Assembly: GCA_964106915.2 (NCBI GenBank)
Contig: OZ066915.1
DNA: 64,000 bases
Direction: 5' to 3' (one strand)
Origin: Podarcis gaigeae
Taxonomy: Eukaryota
The notes under the pieces are model-generated. The model worked only from the letters and a program-made list of their open reading frames with translations. It was not told where the DNA came from and did no database searches. This document shows, piece by piece, positions 40,145 to 53,429 of the stretch. The first letter of the stretch is position 1. Each line of letters starts with the position of its first letter. The position numbers and the translations under genes are program-made.

Positions 40145-40269
40145 CAGGGGTAGCCAGTGTGGTACCCTCCAAATTTTATTTAGCTCCTATCATCCCTGGT
40201 TATGCTGGCCGAGGCTGATGGGCATTGGAGTCCAATGGTAGCTGGATGGCACCATGTTGTCTACCCCTT
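40145..40269. mobile_element. hAT (Charlie-like) MITE
   Basis: caggggtagcca...tgtctacccct termini; degenerate TSD atttagac/attttgat. Confidence 0.7.
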
Positions 40270-41191
40270 ATTTTGATCAATACTTCTTAAAGCCTTGTAG
40301 TAAGGAAGCCCCTTTTAGTCATGCTTGATCCATTTGGCTCTCCAGAAATACAAAACAGAGGGCAGATTCTCTATTTCATATGACAAGATTACCACAAGGC
40401 ATTTTACCACAAGATCCAAGTGCTTTAGGCTATTCCATACAGCTGCCTTTTCACGTTGTGAAAGTAGTATTTACCACGTTTGGGGGGGGGGGACTTTTGA
40501 AAAGCAGCAAGTTCCAGCTGTACTGAGGACTGACTTTATCTCCTCAGAAGTAGCATGAGAGGACAGCCAAGGTAAAAATACAGATACCTCAGCTGTATAA
40601 TCTGTCTATAGCAAAGGTTCTTAGCTCAGAAAGAATGGGGTTTTGAGGGCCTTTAGACTCCAGGCTTGTGGGATCTGCTCTGTTTTTAGTTAGTTTTTTT
40701 ACTAGAACCCCAAGATCCACCAATGAGAGTCAGAACAGTAATGGAGGTGTCAACATATTCTTAGAATTAAGTAGCAGAGTGCCATGCCTCTGAGCTTATT
40801 CTCATAGTCCTGTCACACACAAATCCTACCCCAACAAACTTTATCTCAGCAGCCTAATTTAGAAGGGTGTCATTATTGTTATTATGAGTGTTGCTGCTGA
40901 CAGTCAGAATCCTTGTTGATATGCTGTAAATCAGTCTGAGATCTAGTGGAAGCTGATCTATCTTCTGTCTAGCCAGGACATTCTGATCTACCTTCTGCTC
41001 AAAGTTATCCAAAGTTGAAAATATCTACAGGAGAGGTGGGTGAAGTTCCAATAGCTCCCATTATCAGTTGCATTGGTGGATTCCTTACAATACTTGCATT
41101 GTTATGATTAGGTAGGTTTGATGTATTAGGACAAAGACTTGCCTGAGGAGGGATTAGTCAGCTTCTTTTCATACATTCATATATTCATGCA

Positions 41192-41262
41192 CTCCTGCAT
41201 TGCAGGTGGTTGGACTAGATTACTCTCAGGGTCCCTTCCAACTCTACAATTCTATAATTCTG
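41192..41262 (+). mobile_element. CR1-type 3' terminus (LINE or CR1-dependent SINE)
   Basis: ggttggactagat...ggtcccttccaactctacaattctataattctgtg, resembling the CR1 3' hairpin plus (ATTCTRTG)-like repeats. Confidence 0.8.
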
Positions 41263-44200
41263 TGGTACCAACAGCTGTTTATATCTATTTAGAAGACTTT
41301 TCACTTTGAGAACCAGAGGTTTAGATGTGTTCTGTGTTATTTGTAACATAAGCGTGTACAGGGGGGGGGGGGGCGGATGAGAAATCAAAATTTTCTTATA
41401 CGTTACATTGCTAGGGGATTCTTTCAGGGCTGTACATCTTTATTTGCTTCCCTTTTTCCCCCTGTGTGAAAGCTGAGGTTTATTCCCCCCACCCACTGCC
41501 CCTCCTTTTATGTGACATAGTTAAGGGTTGGGTTTTTTTCATTGCATTATGGGTTGGAAATTTTACTGCATGGCAGATTGCTACTGCCAGCTGGCATGGA
41601 CATCCAATCCAAAATAACTGGTCTTCATTGCCAACCATAATCTAAGAATTTCTGGATTAAAATCTTAAATTATAGCTTTGGTCTGCAGCTCTTTCTTTGG
41701 AAAGGGAGGGAAAAGGTTAGCTCTCATTCTCTTATAAGAAAGCAAAGAAAGTCACACTTTTGTTTAATCTTAATCTTGGGAGTTTGCTTTTACAAGGACC
41801 CTTTTATGAGTGAACACATTTCAAATGCTTTACAAATTCAGGGCCCAGCATGGCTCAGTAAAGGATCACGCTCAGCTACAAAATAAATGCAGCTCACATG
41901 ATACTAGGATTGCAGGAAACCAGGTTTTTTTAAAAGCAAATTAAATAAAAAAAAACTTAAAAGCCTGCCAGTGGAGATTTAAACCGAGAGCCCGTGCTGC
42001 TCCCAGACACATCCCCAGGGGGAGAGTTGTACGTATGCCAACTTAATTCTTCCTCTGGGAATTTAACTCCGATAAATGGAGCAGAGAGGTAGTTTTGCAA
42101 CTCCAAAGGCTGAAGCCTAACTTCCCTTCTAATAATGAAACCCAACACTGGGTGGGGTTCCCTAGGCTAGACTTGTCACGTGATATTTCTGCCTTACCTT
42201 GTTAAGTGCTCACTCGCTAAGAAAGTATGTTGTCTAGCGCCAAGGATATTAGCAAACTGGATTTGCATGTTGCTTTTAAAATGTTACTCTCCCCCTCCCC
42301 CTCCCCATCTCCCTATTACATGCTTGAGTCATTTGGATATTTGAACTAAACAAATTCCTTATCCCACCGGCAACACCTGGCAGTGTTGCGTGCCCTTTTT
42401 AACTTCTGTTTCTTCCATCGATGCAGGGGAACAAGATCCAGCAGAGGTTCCTGCTGCAGGAAGATGGGGGGTACCTTCCCACTGTAGCCCGCTCTCTTCA
42501 GGAAGGGTTCCCAACTCTCTGGGGAAGCTTTCCAAAAAGAGGGGGGAAATGGTGAAAATCCCCACTCCTTTCCCCGCAATGGGATTATTCTGTGAGTGAA
42601 GTTTGAAGCAGAAGTAGAGCACTGCTGAAATCAAACCATACGCCTATCACGTCCAACATCCTATGTCTCTCACTGTGGCCAAGCAGATGACTTTGGGAAG
42701 TCAACAATCAGGACATGCAGGCAATAATAGCCCTCTCCCACGGTTGTTCCCCAGCGCCTGGACATCAACTATCTGGATTCAAGCCAATCTGTTTTATTTA
42801 TATTAACTTGATTTACACCCTGCATTACTTATAACAACTTGAGTAAATCATCAGAGCAACAATGCAAGATAAAAGAAAGAGAAAAACTGAGATAGAAATA
42901 ATTATAAAAGCATGTTAACAATAAGAAAAGCAATATTAACGTATCGGCAACGTGCCAGATTAAACCTGTAACGGTTACCCAAAAGCCTTCCAGAAACAAG
43001 GAGTTTCAGTGCTTTCCCATGTTTGTTATGGGTTTCATACATGTTCCATCAGGCTGGGTACTGCTATAAGCATGCCAATGCTGTCAGCCTCCTCCTTTGG
43101 GCAGCTCATAGTGGCTGCTAGAAAGTGGGCAAGGAGGAGGGAAGGCTGCCACCACTGAGGCCCAGCCCTACGTCCCATGCCAGCTCTGAGGGACAGACAG
43201 AGGAAGAAAGGGGGAGCGGATCACAAGGAGTCTTGATTTTTTTATTTTAAAAAAGGCTTTGTGCGTCTGCATTTAATCTTGCTCCTTTCTAAAATGTATT
43301 CATTTGTATGTGTTTTTCTTTTTGTAAATCCACCAAAGAATAAAACAAAATCTCAGGACAGTGGAGGGTGTGTAGTGGTGGAGGAAATGCTTGGGGGAGG
43401 GGGGAGATGACAAAAAATGGGGGGGGGGGTTGAGGAGAGTCAGTTGCGGGAGGGAGAAAGAAATGTCCCTATTTTCATCTGAGGAATGTTGGAGGGTATG
43501 TAATACCTCAAGAGGATTAGAGTGAGATTGAGAGGACAATCCAAGTTTTCCTTATTCCAGGGTTGGATTGAGTGGAAGTCTCCCTCTGCGCAGCTCTGCT
43601 GTCTGAGCAGGCCTGCTGCCATATATGAAGGTAGGCAAGAGTACTGGTTATACCAATGTCTGCAGAGCCAAGAGAAAAGGCCTCAAAATGTGCTGTTCTG
43701 AGAGTGGAGGAGGTGGCAGTTTGCTTTCTCTTAAGCAAGTTTCACTGCTGTTGGGTGATGGCCTGAAGCCTGATTCAAACCCAATCACTATGCTAGCCTG
43801 GAGCTTGTGAAGGAGCAGGTCTTCCCCCTCTTCCATAGCAGTGGATCTGTAGCTGTAGTAAATAATTCCGCTACTCTACAGAACCCTGCAGGTGTGGAGT
43901 GGGGAGGCTGTATTTTGCCCTAAATGTGGAAATGTTCTGAAACATGCCGGCCAAACTAAAAATGTTCAGAAGATCCTGCAATCCTCAGAAATTTAGCCCT
44001 CTCTCACGTCTGTGTGAAAAAAGGTAAAAATGTTTATAGATTGCCACACTGAGGTTACAGAATCCATTGTGCAATGCAGCTGTGAACAAAGCATGTGTGC
44101 TTAAAAGAATTTAACACCTTTTCCTGAAGCAAACAATTCCTCAGAGTAATGCTGGCAGAATTTGTATAGGCAGTTAGATTTTTGGCAGAATTCATAGCTT

Positions 44201-45181
44201 GGTGCCAGAAAAGAGTTTTTCAGATGGATGTCTTTCTGTGGAGTTTGTACAGCCTTAGTTTTAACACCGAGTAATACAGAATAACTAACTGTGTGCACTT
44301 GAGATGTACTCATAACAGAATGCATTGATTTATTTTCTTGGGTGAGCTCACAACATTTCATTGTAGGTATTAGCTTTAACCCATAACAAGGTGTTTCTTC
44401 AGGGTCTCTCAGTTGTGATGTGCAGCAGGGGGCAGGATTTTCCCACATTACAGGAACACCCGTGTCAAAGCCATTTGTCATCATGCGATGCTTATTTTAA
44501 AATGTGAGATTTACAGTGTTACCATCTTAGTGATAAAAACAAATATCATGTCTCTATTAGTGTGCCTCTTGTGTTCTCCCACCCATCTGCCCCCGTGAAA
44601 GGGTTGATAAACTACAGTATCAGCAGATATTAACACCAAACTTCCTAGGAATAGGGCCTTATCTTGTTTAAAGAGAAATATATAAACGTTTTGTTGATAA
44701 CACTTTAGGAAATATCACTTCCTGCATGGCTGCAAGAATTATTTCAGGATGTATTTTATAAACTTTGAGAGTACGACTTGCATACTTTCCATATGGTGTA
44801 GAAGCTGGTAGTCTAATGTATCTGTGGTGTTCATACAAAGCAATTTTCTTTTATTAGGTGTCCAAGTTTATTTGTCCCTGACTCCTCGGTGTCAAGGCTA
44901 CACTGACAATTGCTGTGCTTACAGTCTGTGGAAAGGGCACGTTCTGATGAAAGGAAATCCATTCTGGAGCCCCAAAGAGTTGTGTTAAAACAAAACATTT
45001 GTTTGTGTAAAGCTGTGTGTGCTTACCTCAGGGTTAACCAAAGACATTGCTGAAACCACCCATTGCATCTAAACACCTATCTAGCATAAAAGCTGAACTT
45101 GAAGTTGTAAAGAAATGGCTCATCATTTTGACCAATGTCTTTTTTTAAAAAAAAACAACACATATCTTTTTAAAACTCTAG

Positions 45182-45265
45182 TATGAAGAAGTAAAAAAGC
45201 GAAGGAAGCCCAACTATAGCAGCGTCGACCTTTCCGAGGTGGAGTGGGAAGACAGGGATGATGTG
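45182..45265 (+). CDS. CACNA2D3: CACNA2D3 exon (~18), YEEVKKRRKPNYSSVDLSEVEWEDRDDV
   Basis: ctctag | 84 nt | gtgagt; phase 0/0. Confidence 0.97.
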
Positions 45266-45819
45266 GTGAGTGATTTGTTCTGTCAGAGCTTGTCAGAAAG
45301 GTAATTGCATTCACTAATATACCACTTTTAAGTATTAAGCAGCAAGAAGAAAAGAGAAGCGAAAGATAATGGTCCATGTTCTTCCCCTTCTCCACTCAAA
45401 TTTTATATTTTTTCTTCTCGTTTTGACTTTCTCGCTCTCCTTCTGCTTCGTACATACATATCCCCATGTATAGATGTACCAAGGATATATTGCCATTTGA
45501 CCTGCACAACATCTTGCATTCCGTTGGTTACCATGGAAGGTACCAAGATCAGGCGATATTGGGTGGTGGTCCAGGAAAGCACTTAATAAGAGGCTGTGTG
45601 TATAAATCCCTATACTGCTTTGGTTCATTTGGTTAATTTAGTCTGCTGCTCAGTGACGGGGGGGGGGGGGAGAGAGAATAGAAGAGAGCCCAGTGTTATA
45701 TGGAGCCTGGGTGGGATTCAACTATTGTGCCCCACTAGTGGAAACCCAGCTGATATACCAGCCGCAGTAGGAAGGGGCAGCAAGGTTTCAGGAAGCCAGA
45801 ATCTGTATGTCATGTGCAG

Positions 45820-45996
45820 AGGATTGGCATAATATATAATTCTAGGGAGACTCGTATTCAAACCCATGCTCAGGCCTACTCTCTCAGCCTAATGCTTCTC
45901 ATAGCTGTATAGGTCAAACGAAACAAACACACTTGGCCACCTTGCGAAGCCTGAAAGGTGAAAAAGCAGGGTATAAATATTGCAATAAATAAATAA
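45820..45996 (+). mobile_element. Decayed SINE
   Basis: B-box-like gtattcaaaccc, CORE-like ctctctcagcctaa and L2-like tail gcagggtataaat...aataaataaataa. Confidence 0.55.
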
Positions 45997-46489
45997 CCCG
46001 AATGTGCTTAGTGGAAAGATGGGAAATAAAGGTGTTAAATAATCACAGGATGGATGATACATACAGCTATAAGGATTGGCAGAGGGACACTAGTCCTGTT
46101 ACAAGCTCCCCCAGCCATAGAGCTTGGTAAGATGAATGAGGAGGAGGTGCCAAACCCCACCATCTCCATAGGTGCAGAATTTTAAACTTTCAAAAGCCAG
46201 GAGTCACCTCTGGATCCTGTCGAGTAAATAACATTTAGATGTTAGATTACACAACAAGAACAAATCCTGTGCCAAATTTTGCCAGGCTGCTCTATATCTC
46301 TGGAGAAGTTTCCCTCTTGCTTATGAAGCAGTTTAAAATGCCAGAAACCAACCAATATTTTAAAAAGAACCACATTTTTGGTCTCTGTCCAAACCCCAGA
46401 ATCCAGAACTGCAGGATCATGTTAGTGCTGTCCATCTAACACCTTCTTTTAGGTATGTGCTAATCTTTTCAGTTAAGTTCTTTCTGTTC

Positions 46490-47000
46490 CAAGATCATGC
46501 TCCTCCCTTGTCCGTATCTCTGTTGTCCAGTCAGTTTGCATCTCCCTTCTGTGTCATTCTTTATTTACATGTCAATTCCTTGAGCTGTACTGTATCAAAA
46601 GTTTTCCTTATGTCCATGGCTTAACCTTTGCCTGGTCTTTCTGTTACTTCCACCATAAATCTGATTTGTTAGGCATGATTCGTTTTGTGCAAATCCATGC
46701 TGACTGTCCTTAATTAAATCATAACTTTCCAGGTGTTCTCCTTTCAGTTCCTGTTATTGAGCTTTTCCCATAATGTCTGCGCCGACTAAAGTCATGCTTG
46801 CATGTCTACATTTTCATAGATATTTCCTAGCACTCTTCTCGAATATCAGCAGTACATTAGCATCCCCTATATCCTTCCAAAACCCACTCATTTTGGAGAG
46901 GTTTTGAATATATCAACGGAAGGTTCCCATATTTACAGTGTCACGTCTTTCTGAAATCTGGGATTCATCACGTATGTCTGCCTCTGGAGCATTATCAGCA
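46490..47000 (-). mobile_element. Old CR1 LINE RT fragment
   Basis: Minus strand gives DSQHGFAQNESCLTNQI (CR1 SQHGF...SCLTNL) followed by MDIRKTFDTV (cf. LDFSKAFDTV); frame broken. Confidence 0.8.
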
Positions 47001-48001
47001 TTCAGATGTAGGCATTTCTTATCCTTTTTCTCCAACTCAAGTTTATGTTTTCCTTCTCCCTTGCAAAATATATGTCTGATTCTGTCAGCCCACCCCTACT
47101 CAGTTTATAAATAATGAAACATTTCATGGGTTTAGCAGTGCCAGTCTTCCTTTATTTTGCTGATTAAATCAGCTCATCTTTTCAGGGACTTTTCACCTCT
47201 TCCCTTCAGCTCTTGTGATTTCTGCTCCTAAACATTTCCACTACATTTTGTGATGTTTCCTACGTTCTTTTCTGCATTTTCAACCTGGACTTGGGCTTAA
47301 TTCATTTCAAAATGAGATTTGCGAGTGAAATTCCCTACTTGTGCAATTCAAATCAAAATACCCAAATTCTGCAATTGCTGAAGTCCATTGAACATCTCAC
47401 CAGAGACTCAGAGACTTCTGTTTAATCTGTTCATTAGCACTCACTGGAGAGCATCTGCACTATCAAGCTTTCTAGAAGAAGGGAAAAGACTGACCCCCCC
47501 TTCAAATTGAAACTGCGATATGCATGTTGTCCTTAGACTAGTTTGCAGAGGTCGAGGGGGGGCCTGCTGATATAATGCTGCTCTCATCAAGAAAGGGACC
47601 AAGGGTAGTAGGAAACTGTTAGTACACCTCAGATCCTGTTGTCTCCGTGGTTGGAGCTGGAGCTGGAGCTGTGGTGGGGAGATTTATTTTTCTTATTCCC
47701 TGCCAGTCAATAGAATATTTGAGAGTGTGGTTGCTGACTCAGTACATCTCAGGGGCAAAGAAGCTATTTGGTGCAACTCTGGATGTTTCAATCCACTATC
47801 TTGATTCAAAATGGCATCCAACTGTTGGTGCTATAGCAGTGGCAGCAAAACTGTACCAACACAATATCTCGGGTTGACTCTGGACACTAACATGTCCAGT
47901 GTCAGCTTCCAATTATTTGGACTTCTGCTTTTTGGCCAGCGTTTTGTTTGGGACCACATCCTCATCTCAGCATTACTGTGTCTTCAGCCACCACTCTGGC
48001 C

Positions 48002-48413
48002 CAGCGGCGCCAGGTATAGAGGATAGAGGGGCTTCAGTTCCTCCAATAGTTTTTGGGCAGGGGGCAGTGCCCCCCCCAATATTGAGGTAGCCGCCACTGG
48101 GTGCCCTCCATGCGCCCCAGCCTCCACCCAGCAGCCCAGGAGCCGGGCTGCAGCTGGGATGAATGAAGCAAAGATCACCCATGCTCGTCCCAAACTCTGC
48201 ACAGCTGGGAGGAGCGTGGACAATCTTTGATTCACTCATCCCAGCCTCCGCCTGGTTCCTGAGCTCCTGAACTGTGGCTGGGATGAGCAAACAGAGATTG
48301 CCCTCCGTGCGTTCTGCCCCCGCCTGGCGCACTCCAGGTTGCATCACGTGACGCATCACGTCACATGGCCGCGCACCCTCAGTGTGTGGGGGGGGAGCAA
48401 GTCGATGCCCCTG
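48002..48413. mobile_element. hAT-type MITE, 412 bp
   Basis: Perfect 8-bp TSD ctctggcc (47994-48001 and 48414-48421); ends cagcggcgcc...gatgcccctg; GC/CpG-rich. Confidence 0.85.
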
Positions 48414-48646
48414 CTCTGGCCCTCTGTTGGTTCAAATGTGACTGCTGTCGACCATGGCAATACTGCAGCCACCAACAGTCCAACCCAAAAAGGCTTCCTT
48501 AGTGTTGATAGAGATATGTAGAAGCTGCCATCAGAGCTGAGCAGCTGTGTGGCTTCCAGCCTATTATGGCGCTACTGCCACAAACGGAAAAGCCTATTTG
48601 GCTTCCTCACTCATAGAACAGAGAGACTGCTGGTGGTTCCAGCACC

Positions 48647-48814
48647 CAGTGGCGTAGCATGGGTTGTCAGCACCCGGGGCAAGGCAAGTAATTTGCACCC
48701 CCTAACCTATGGATTTGCGCCCCCTAACCCGTGGATTTGCGCCCCCTAACTGTAACCCCCAGATGTTGCGCCCGGTGTGGCCGCCCCCCCTGCACCCCCC
48801 ACACTACGCCACTG
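48647..48814. mobile_element. hAT-type MITE, 168 bp
   Basis: Perfect 11-bp TIR cagtggcgtag/ctacgccactg; perfect 8-bp TSD ccagcacc (48639-48646 and 48815-48822); three internal ~22-bp tandem units. Confidence 0.93.
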
Positions 48815-51076
48815 CCAGCACCAACATCACTGGGGTGGGGAGGAGTGGCCCTGAGTTCTGGGGGGACCTTTTTTTGCCCGGGGTGGGGGGTGGGCATTAA
48901 CCAACACCTTGCTCAGGGCCACCCAAAACCTGAAGCTGCAATACCTGGTTGTATACAAGTCAGGGAGTGCATTGCCAGTTGGCAGGGCTGGTGTAGAGGA
49001 TGCAAGCTTATATTGTGATACATTTGTCAGCATGTCTGCCTGCCTCTTTACCCGTTTTCTATAGATTGCTTTGTGGCATTGTGTCCATTAACAAGACTAG
49101 AAAACATGCAGTTTTAATTAGATTAAAGGAGGTACAGTTTTATTTTGTGTGTAAAATGTCTTCCATAGTGAAAACGAAGCTTTATATTTGGGAGTGCACA
49201 TTGTGTTACTTAGAAGTATCTGGCCTGCTTTTGGATGAAAGATGTTCTGCATCCATATCGCTGGTCACCAGTTTCAACCCCAGAGAGGTAGCAGAACAAA
49301 AGTCTACAGAATAGATGAAAAACTGAGCTACAAAGCCAAGAACTCCATTCAGAGGGTAAAAAAAAAAAAAATCTAATTCCCACATGCATACTTGATCTTA
49401 AAAGCTACGAGGGTTTTGGGGGCCCTTTTTGTAAAGTCTGTGACTTGCCCGAGGGTTGTGTGGGGAGTGGGCGCTGGAAGACTACAGGCTCTGAAATGGA
49501 GAAAAATGAGAAACATGTTAAAGATAAATGGAACAGTTCTTTAAACGTTAGAAAGTAGATTGTTAATTAAGACCAGCTCTCCTAGTCCAAAACCACAAAA
49601 GTTAAAAAGGGAAAATATTTCCAGAATTGCCTATTACACATTGTGTTTATATATATATATATATATATATGTACAAAAAAACTACAGTAAAATATATGTT
49701 TTATTTTATATATGCCTCCAGCGAAAAATTATTCTTTTACACTCGCTGACTGAAGAGTAAGATTGTTAGCTCCGATCTAGATGGCCCAGAATTAAATTTA
49801 AAGAGCTGCAAACATTGCAGTTTTCAGTTTGTCAGCCATGCTCAAATTCTTCACAAAAACAAAAACAGCTCTTTCCCTGACAAGCTTTGGCAACAATTCC
49901 ACCCCCCCCCCCAACAGCACAGTCCTCCTTCAGGAGGACATTGATAGCAAATCGACAATGAAAAAAGCCTGTCCCTATTGTCCAATCAATCATCCATGAT
50001 GCATGCAAGTGGATTGGAGAAGAATAAATAGGTACAGTCGTAGCAGAATAAGCTCACTGGTTTCAAATCCTGGAATGCAGCAGTGTCTTAAGGTATTCTG
50101 AAATGTTCTTTCTCCAGGGCTGTATGCATTATTTACACATTCAAATGCTATATTGTGTGTGCTCTGTTAGGCTAGTTCAAGGTAAAATGAAAAAAAGAAA
50201 AGCAGAAATGATTTTTTTATTTATTGAAAATATTATTCAGGCTGCCATCCTGCATCCATTTTCTCAGGTTTAAGCCCCACTTAACTTAGTGGAACTTCCT
50301 TCTGAGTCTGACATGCATTGAGCACATTCTTCATCTATATAAATACCAGGGAGGTTGAAGCATGGGAAACAGAACATACCAAAATGACAATATACCAAAA
50401 AACAAGAAAATGACATCATTTATAGCAATGTAAATATAGAAAGCTAGGGGGAGGAGGGAAGAAACACTGTATAAAACCAGTTTAAATTGACTGTAAAGTA
50501 AAAACATTAAAACGCCTGGGCAAATAAATGTCCTGGCACTAAAATTATGAGTTGAACTCCCAGTCCATAATTCAGATGCAAAACTCTGATGCTCACATGA
50601 CCATCCCACAAATATTACTTCATTGTCAGGCACAGAACCACGCTTATAGGGAGCTTCCAACTTTGGACTACATCCTGTAATCTCTAAAAAGAAATTTAAA
50701 TTAAGAATGTGTGGAACCCATTTAGAAGTCCTACCAGTTTTATATAAATTCTTTTAGCTTTCTCTGAAACTCTTCAGATATTTCTCCTGAGCATAAACCT
50801 TCACCTCATATTGGTTAAAAATTGGAGGCAGTTCTGGTCTTATGACTCTTTCTCACTGTGCTGAGTGTTTCTTTGCAGACCTTGGTTCCAAAAGGTCATC
50901 TAGTCTGGTGAGAAACAAGTAATATCACAGTGTAGAAGGATCCCAGTTGGAGATATATAGGGTACCCATCACCATGTGCATATTTTTTTGCAAATCTGGA
51001 TGGAGCTCTTTTAGGGTTTCTCAGAATTTCTTGGGTGTTCTATCCAACCCAGAAACCCCAACATTGAACATGCCCA

Positions 51077-51558
51077 TGTAGTTTACTAAGAAGGGAGGGA
51101 GAAGGTGGAACTGACTGGGAGGAGGACATGTCGAAATTGAAGAGGTAACAGGATTTAGTGAGCAGGAAGGGGCTGTGGCAGAAAGCAGCCCAGAATAAGC
51201 GGCAGAAGCAAAGGGGGGGGTCAAGAGGTGAAGTAGAGGCAGGCTGCTGAAGAGGCCAGGGAGTCTCCCCCTCCTGCTGTGAGTAGCTCTGATCTCCCAG
51301 AGCATGCAGAGAAATGAAGAGGGTGGAGCATTGAGAGAGCCTTAGGCTGCTGGGAGAGGAACTGGGGGAGGAGCCTTAGAGAATAGTGGGAAGACAGGAA
51401 CCTTCAGTCCTCACAACTGGCTCATTGGGGCAAGACCTACTGGGAAGCGTTGCTGTGATCACTAGGCCTGTGCTGTTTGGGTTCTTTTCAATAAAGAGTT
51501 AACTTCACTGACACTGAGTGTTTTACTGCTGACCTGCTCCTGACTCTGGCTCCTGGCA
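51077..51558 (+). mobile_element. Possible solo LTR
   Basis: TG...CA ends, purine-rich body, aataaa near the 3' end; TSD only approximate (ccca/gcca). Confidence 0.45.
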
Positions 51559-51938
51559 GCCATTATATTTAAAAATGTGTGTTTGTTTGTGTTTTTTTAA
51601 GTGGGTTGTGTCTTGCTTCCATACTAATCCTTCTCTCCTTGCTAGCAGAAGCTTCTATTGAAAGTAGCAGCTTCAGAAAAGTGATTTTTTTTGTCAGAAC
51701 AATGGTCAGAAGAGAAAAAATTTAATTTCATTGAATCCTATCAGGTTCTAATCTATAATCCATTAACATGAGTTAAAAACCTCTCATCCTTGGTAGTTAA
51801 ATTACACGAAGGTGGAAGGTTACTGTGTGCACACGCCTTCGGCAGCTATGCGAAATATCTTCATTTTGCCCAAATACGCGAACTACAAAGAAGATAATTT
51901 TTTCCCTCATTCTTTGTTTAACTGTATTTTACTTTCAG

Positions 51939-52010
51939 CTTCGAAATGCAATGGTGAATCAGAAAACAGGAAAATTCTCTATGGAAGTGAAGAAAACTGT
52001 GGACAAAGGG
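51939..52010 (+). CDS. CACNA2D3: CACNA2D3 exon (~19), LRNAMVNQKTGKFSMEVKKTVDKG
   Basis: tttcag | 72 nt | gtatcg; lies within track ORF 51825..52040. Confidence 0.96.
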
Positions 52011-52303
52011 GTATCGTATAGAAAATACTTTTTCAACTAGAAGTAAAACAAATAATTGCTTTTTTAAAAAAACACCCACCCACAAACCACTGGTTTAAAG
52101 TGTATGTTTGGAGTGGAAAACTTTCCCTGAGACATGATGTCCACAGTGTTTATTAATTGTGGGTCAGATATAAACATTTGCATGTATGTGTGCATATTGC
52201 TGTTATTAATCTTGTCACAGATTTTAAGTTTGCTTTTGCATTTAACCCTGCAAACCTTTCCTAACAGGCATGTTGTTGTTTCTCTTTCCTTTTCTAAATC
52301 TAG

Positions 52304-52365
52304 AAGCGGGTGTTGGTGATGACAAATGACTACTATTATACAGACATCAAGGGGACTCCTTTCAG
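52304..52365 (+). CDS. CACNA2D3: CACNA2D3 exon (~20), KRVLVMTNDYYYTDIKGTPF(S)
   Basis: atctag | 62 nt | gtaggg; phase 0/2. Confidence 0.96.
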
Positions 52366-53429
52366 GTAGGGCTGGCCATAATAAATGGAACATTTCATCA
52401 GGCTCATTGCAGTTGCAAGCCTTGCGAGCTCATTAAAATCTCATCAGGGGGGCTGACAATAAAATACTCCTGGACAATGCTGCAAAGAGCAAGGGAAAAG
52501 GTTTCCGAATGTGCCTTTTTAGGTTTCATTCAGGGATGGGTAGTTTGTGAAAGGTAAACTCCCTGGCTGTGATCCGGACCTGCCATTCAGGAAGTCCTCC
52601 ATTCTCTTCAGTGCTTGCACAGAGCTCTGGGAAAGGAATAGTACCATTTAAAGGATTACACTAACAAATGCATCTCTGTGTGCACCATGAATCTGAATTG
52701 AGGAGGCTTGTTGAGCCACAAGCTGTTCAAAGTATGATATTGTGTGTATGCAGCCTCTCCTCACCTGGTGCTAACTAGACTGAAGAGGCAACAAGGGTAC
52801 AGCAGGACTCCAGAGCTGTGTGTTTAGCTCTTCCCCAAATTCCCAAACACTCTCTGAGCCCCTCATGGAGAACCCAGGAAGATAAAAGTTCTCTATTGTT
52901 TCTATGAATACGAAAGACTCCCCACTCCAGAAGCTCATTGCATGAGAGGTTGAGAGAATTTGTGTGGCTCCAGGGACAGGCCTTCATGCCAGTAACACCT
53001 GTAAAAGGCTCTGGGCTGCCTCAAGTAAGCAGGCAAGAGCTCAGTCCTGGCTGTGGCACCAATGGGCCCCCAGTTCTTCTTCTTCCTGCCCAATTGTGCA
53101 GTAAGCCTCTACTGCCTGCATATCAGCTCTAAGCCATAGGCATCAGACAGAGGAGAGCCAAGTGGCAAGGGAGCTGAGAGACTCCAAAATATACCAGAGC
53201 CAAGAAGCCTGTTGTAGCTTAGGCAAAGTCTCATCCCAAATTGGAAGCCTTCTGGAGTCCTTCCTGTCCAGGAAGATCCAATAGCCAACAGGGTAGGTAG
53301 TCCAGAGCCTGAAAATGCATTGCTGCCCAGATGTTTTGGACTACAACTCATCCCATCATCCCATCCAGTCTGGGGCTGATAGGAGTTGGAGTAAAAACAT
53401 ATGGAAATTGCAATACCTCAAGAGTGGCC

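Noticed and set aside
42346-42579. Minus ORF ending KRARNTARCCRWDKEFV, superficially like an insulin/relaxin A-chain after a dibasic site
   Set aside because: Lacks the third and fourth A-chain cysteines (CC-x3-C-x8-C); no B-chain or signal-peptide exon found.
51620-51695. Acceptor-like actaat/pyrimidine tract/tagcagaag upstream of exon ~19
   Set aside because: No good donor follows and the frame reaches TGA; the exon chain is already complete without it.
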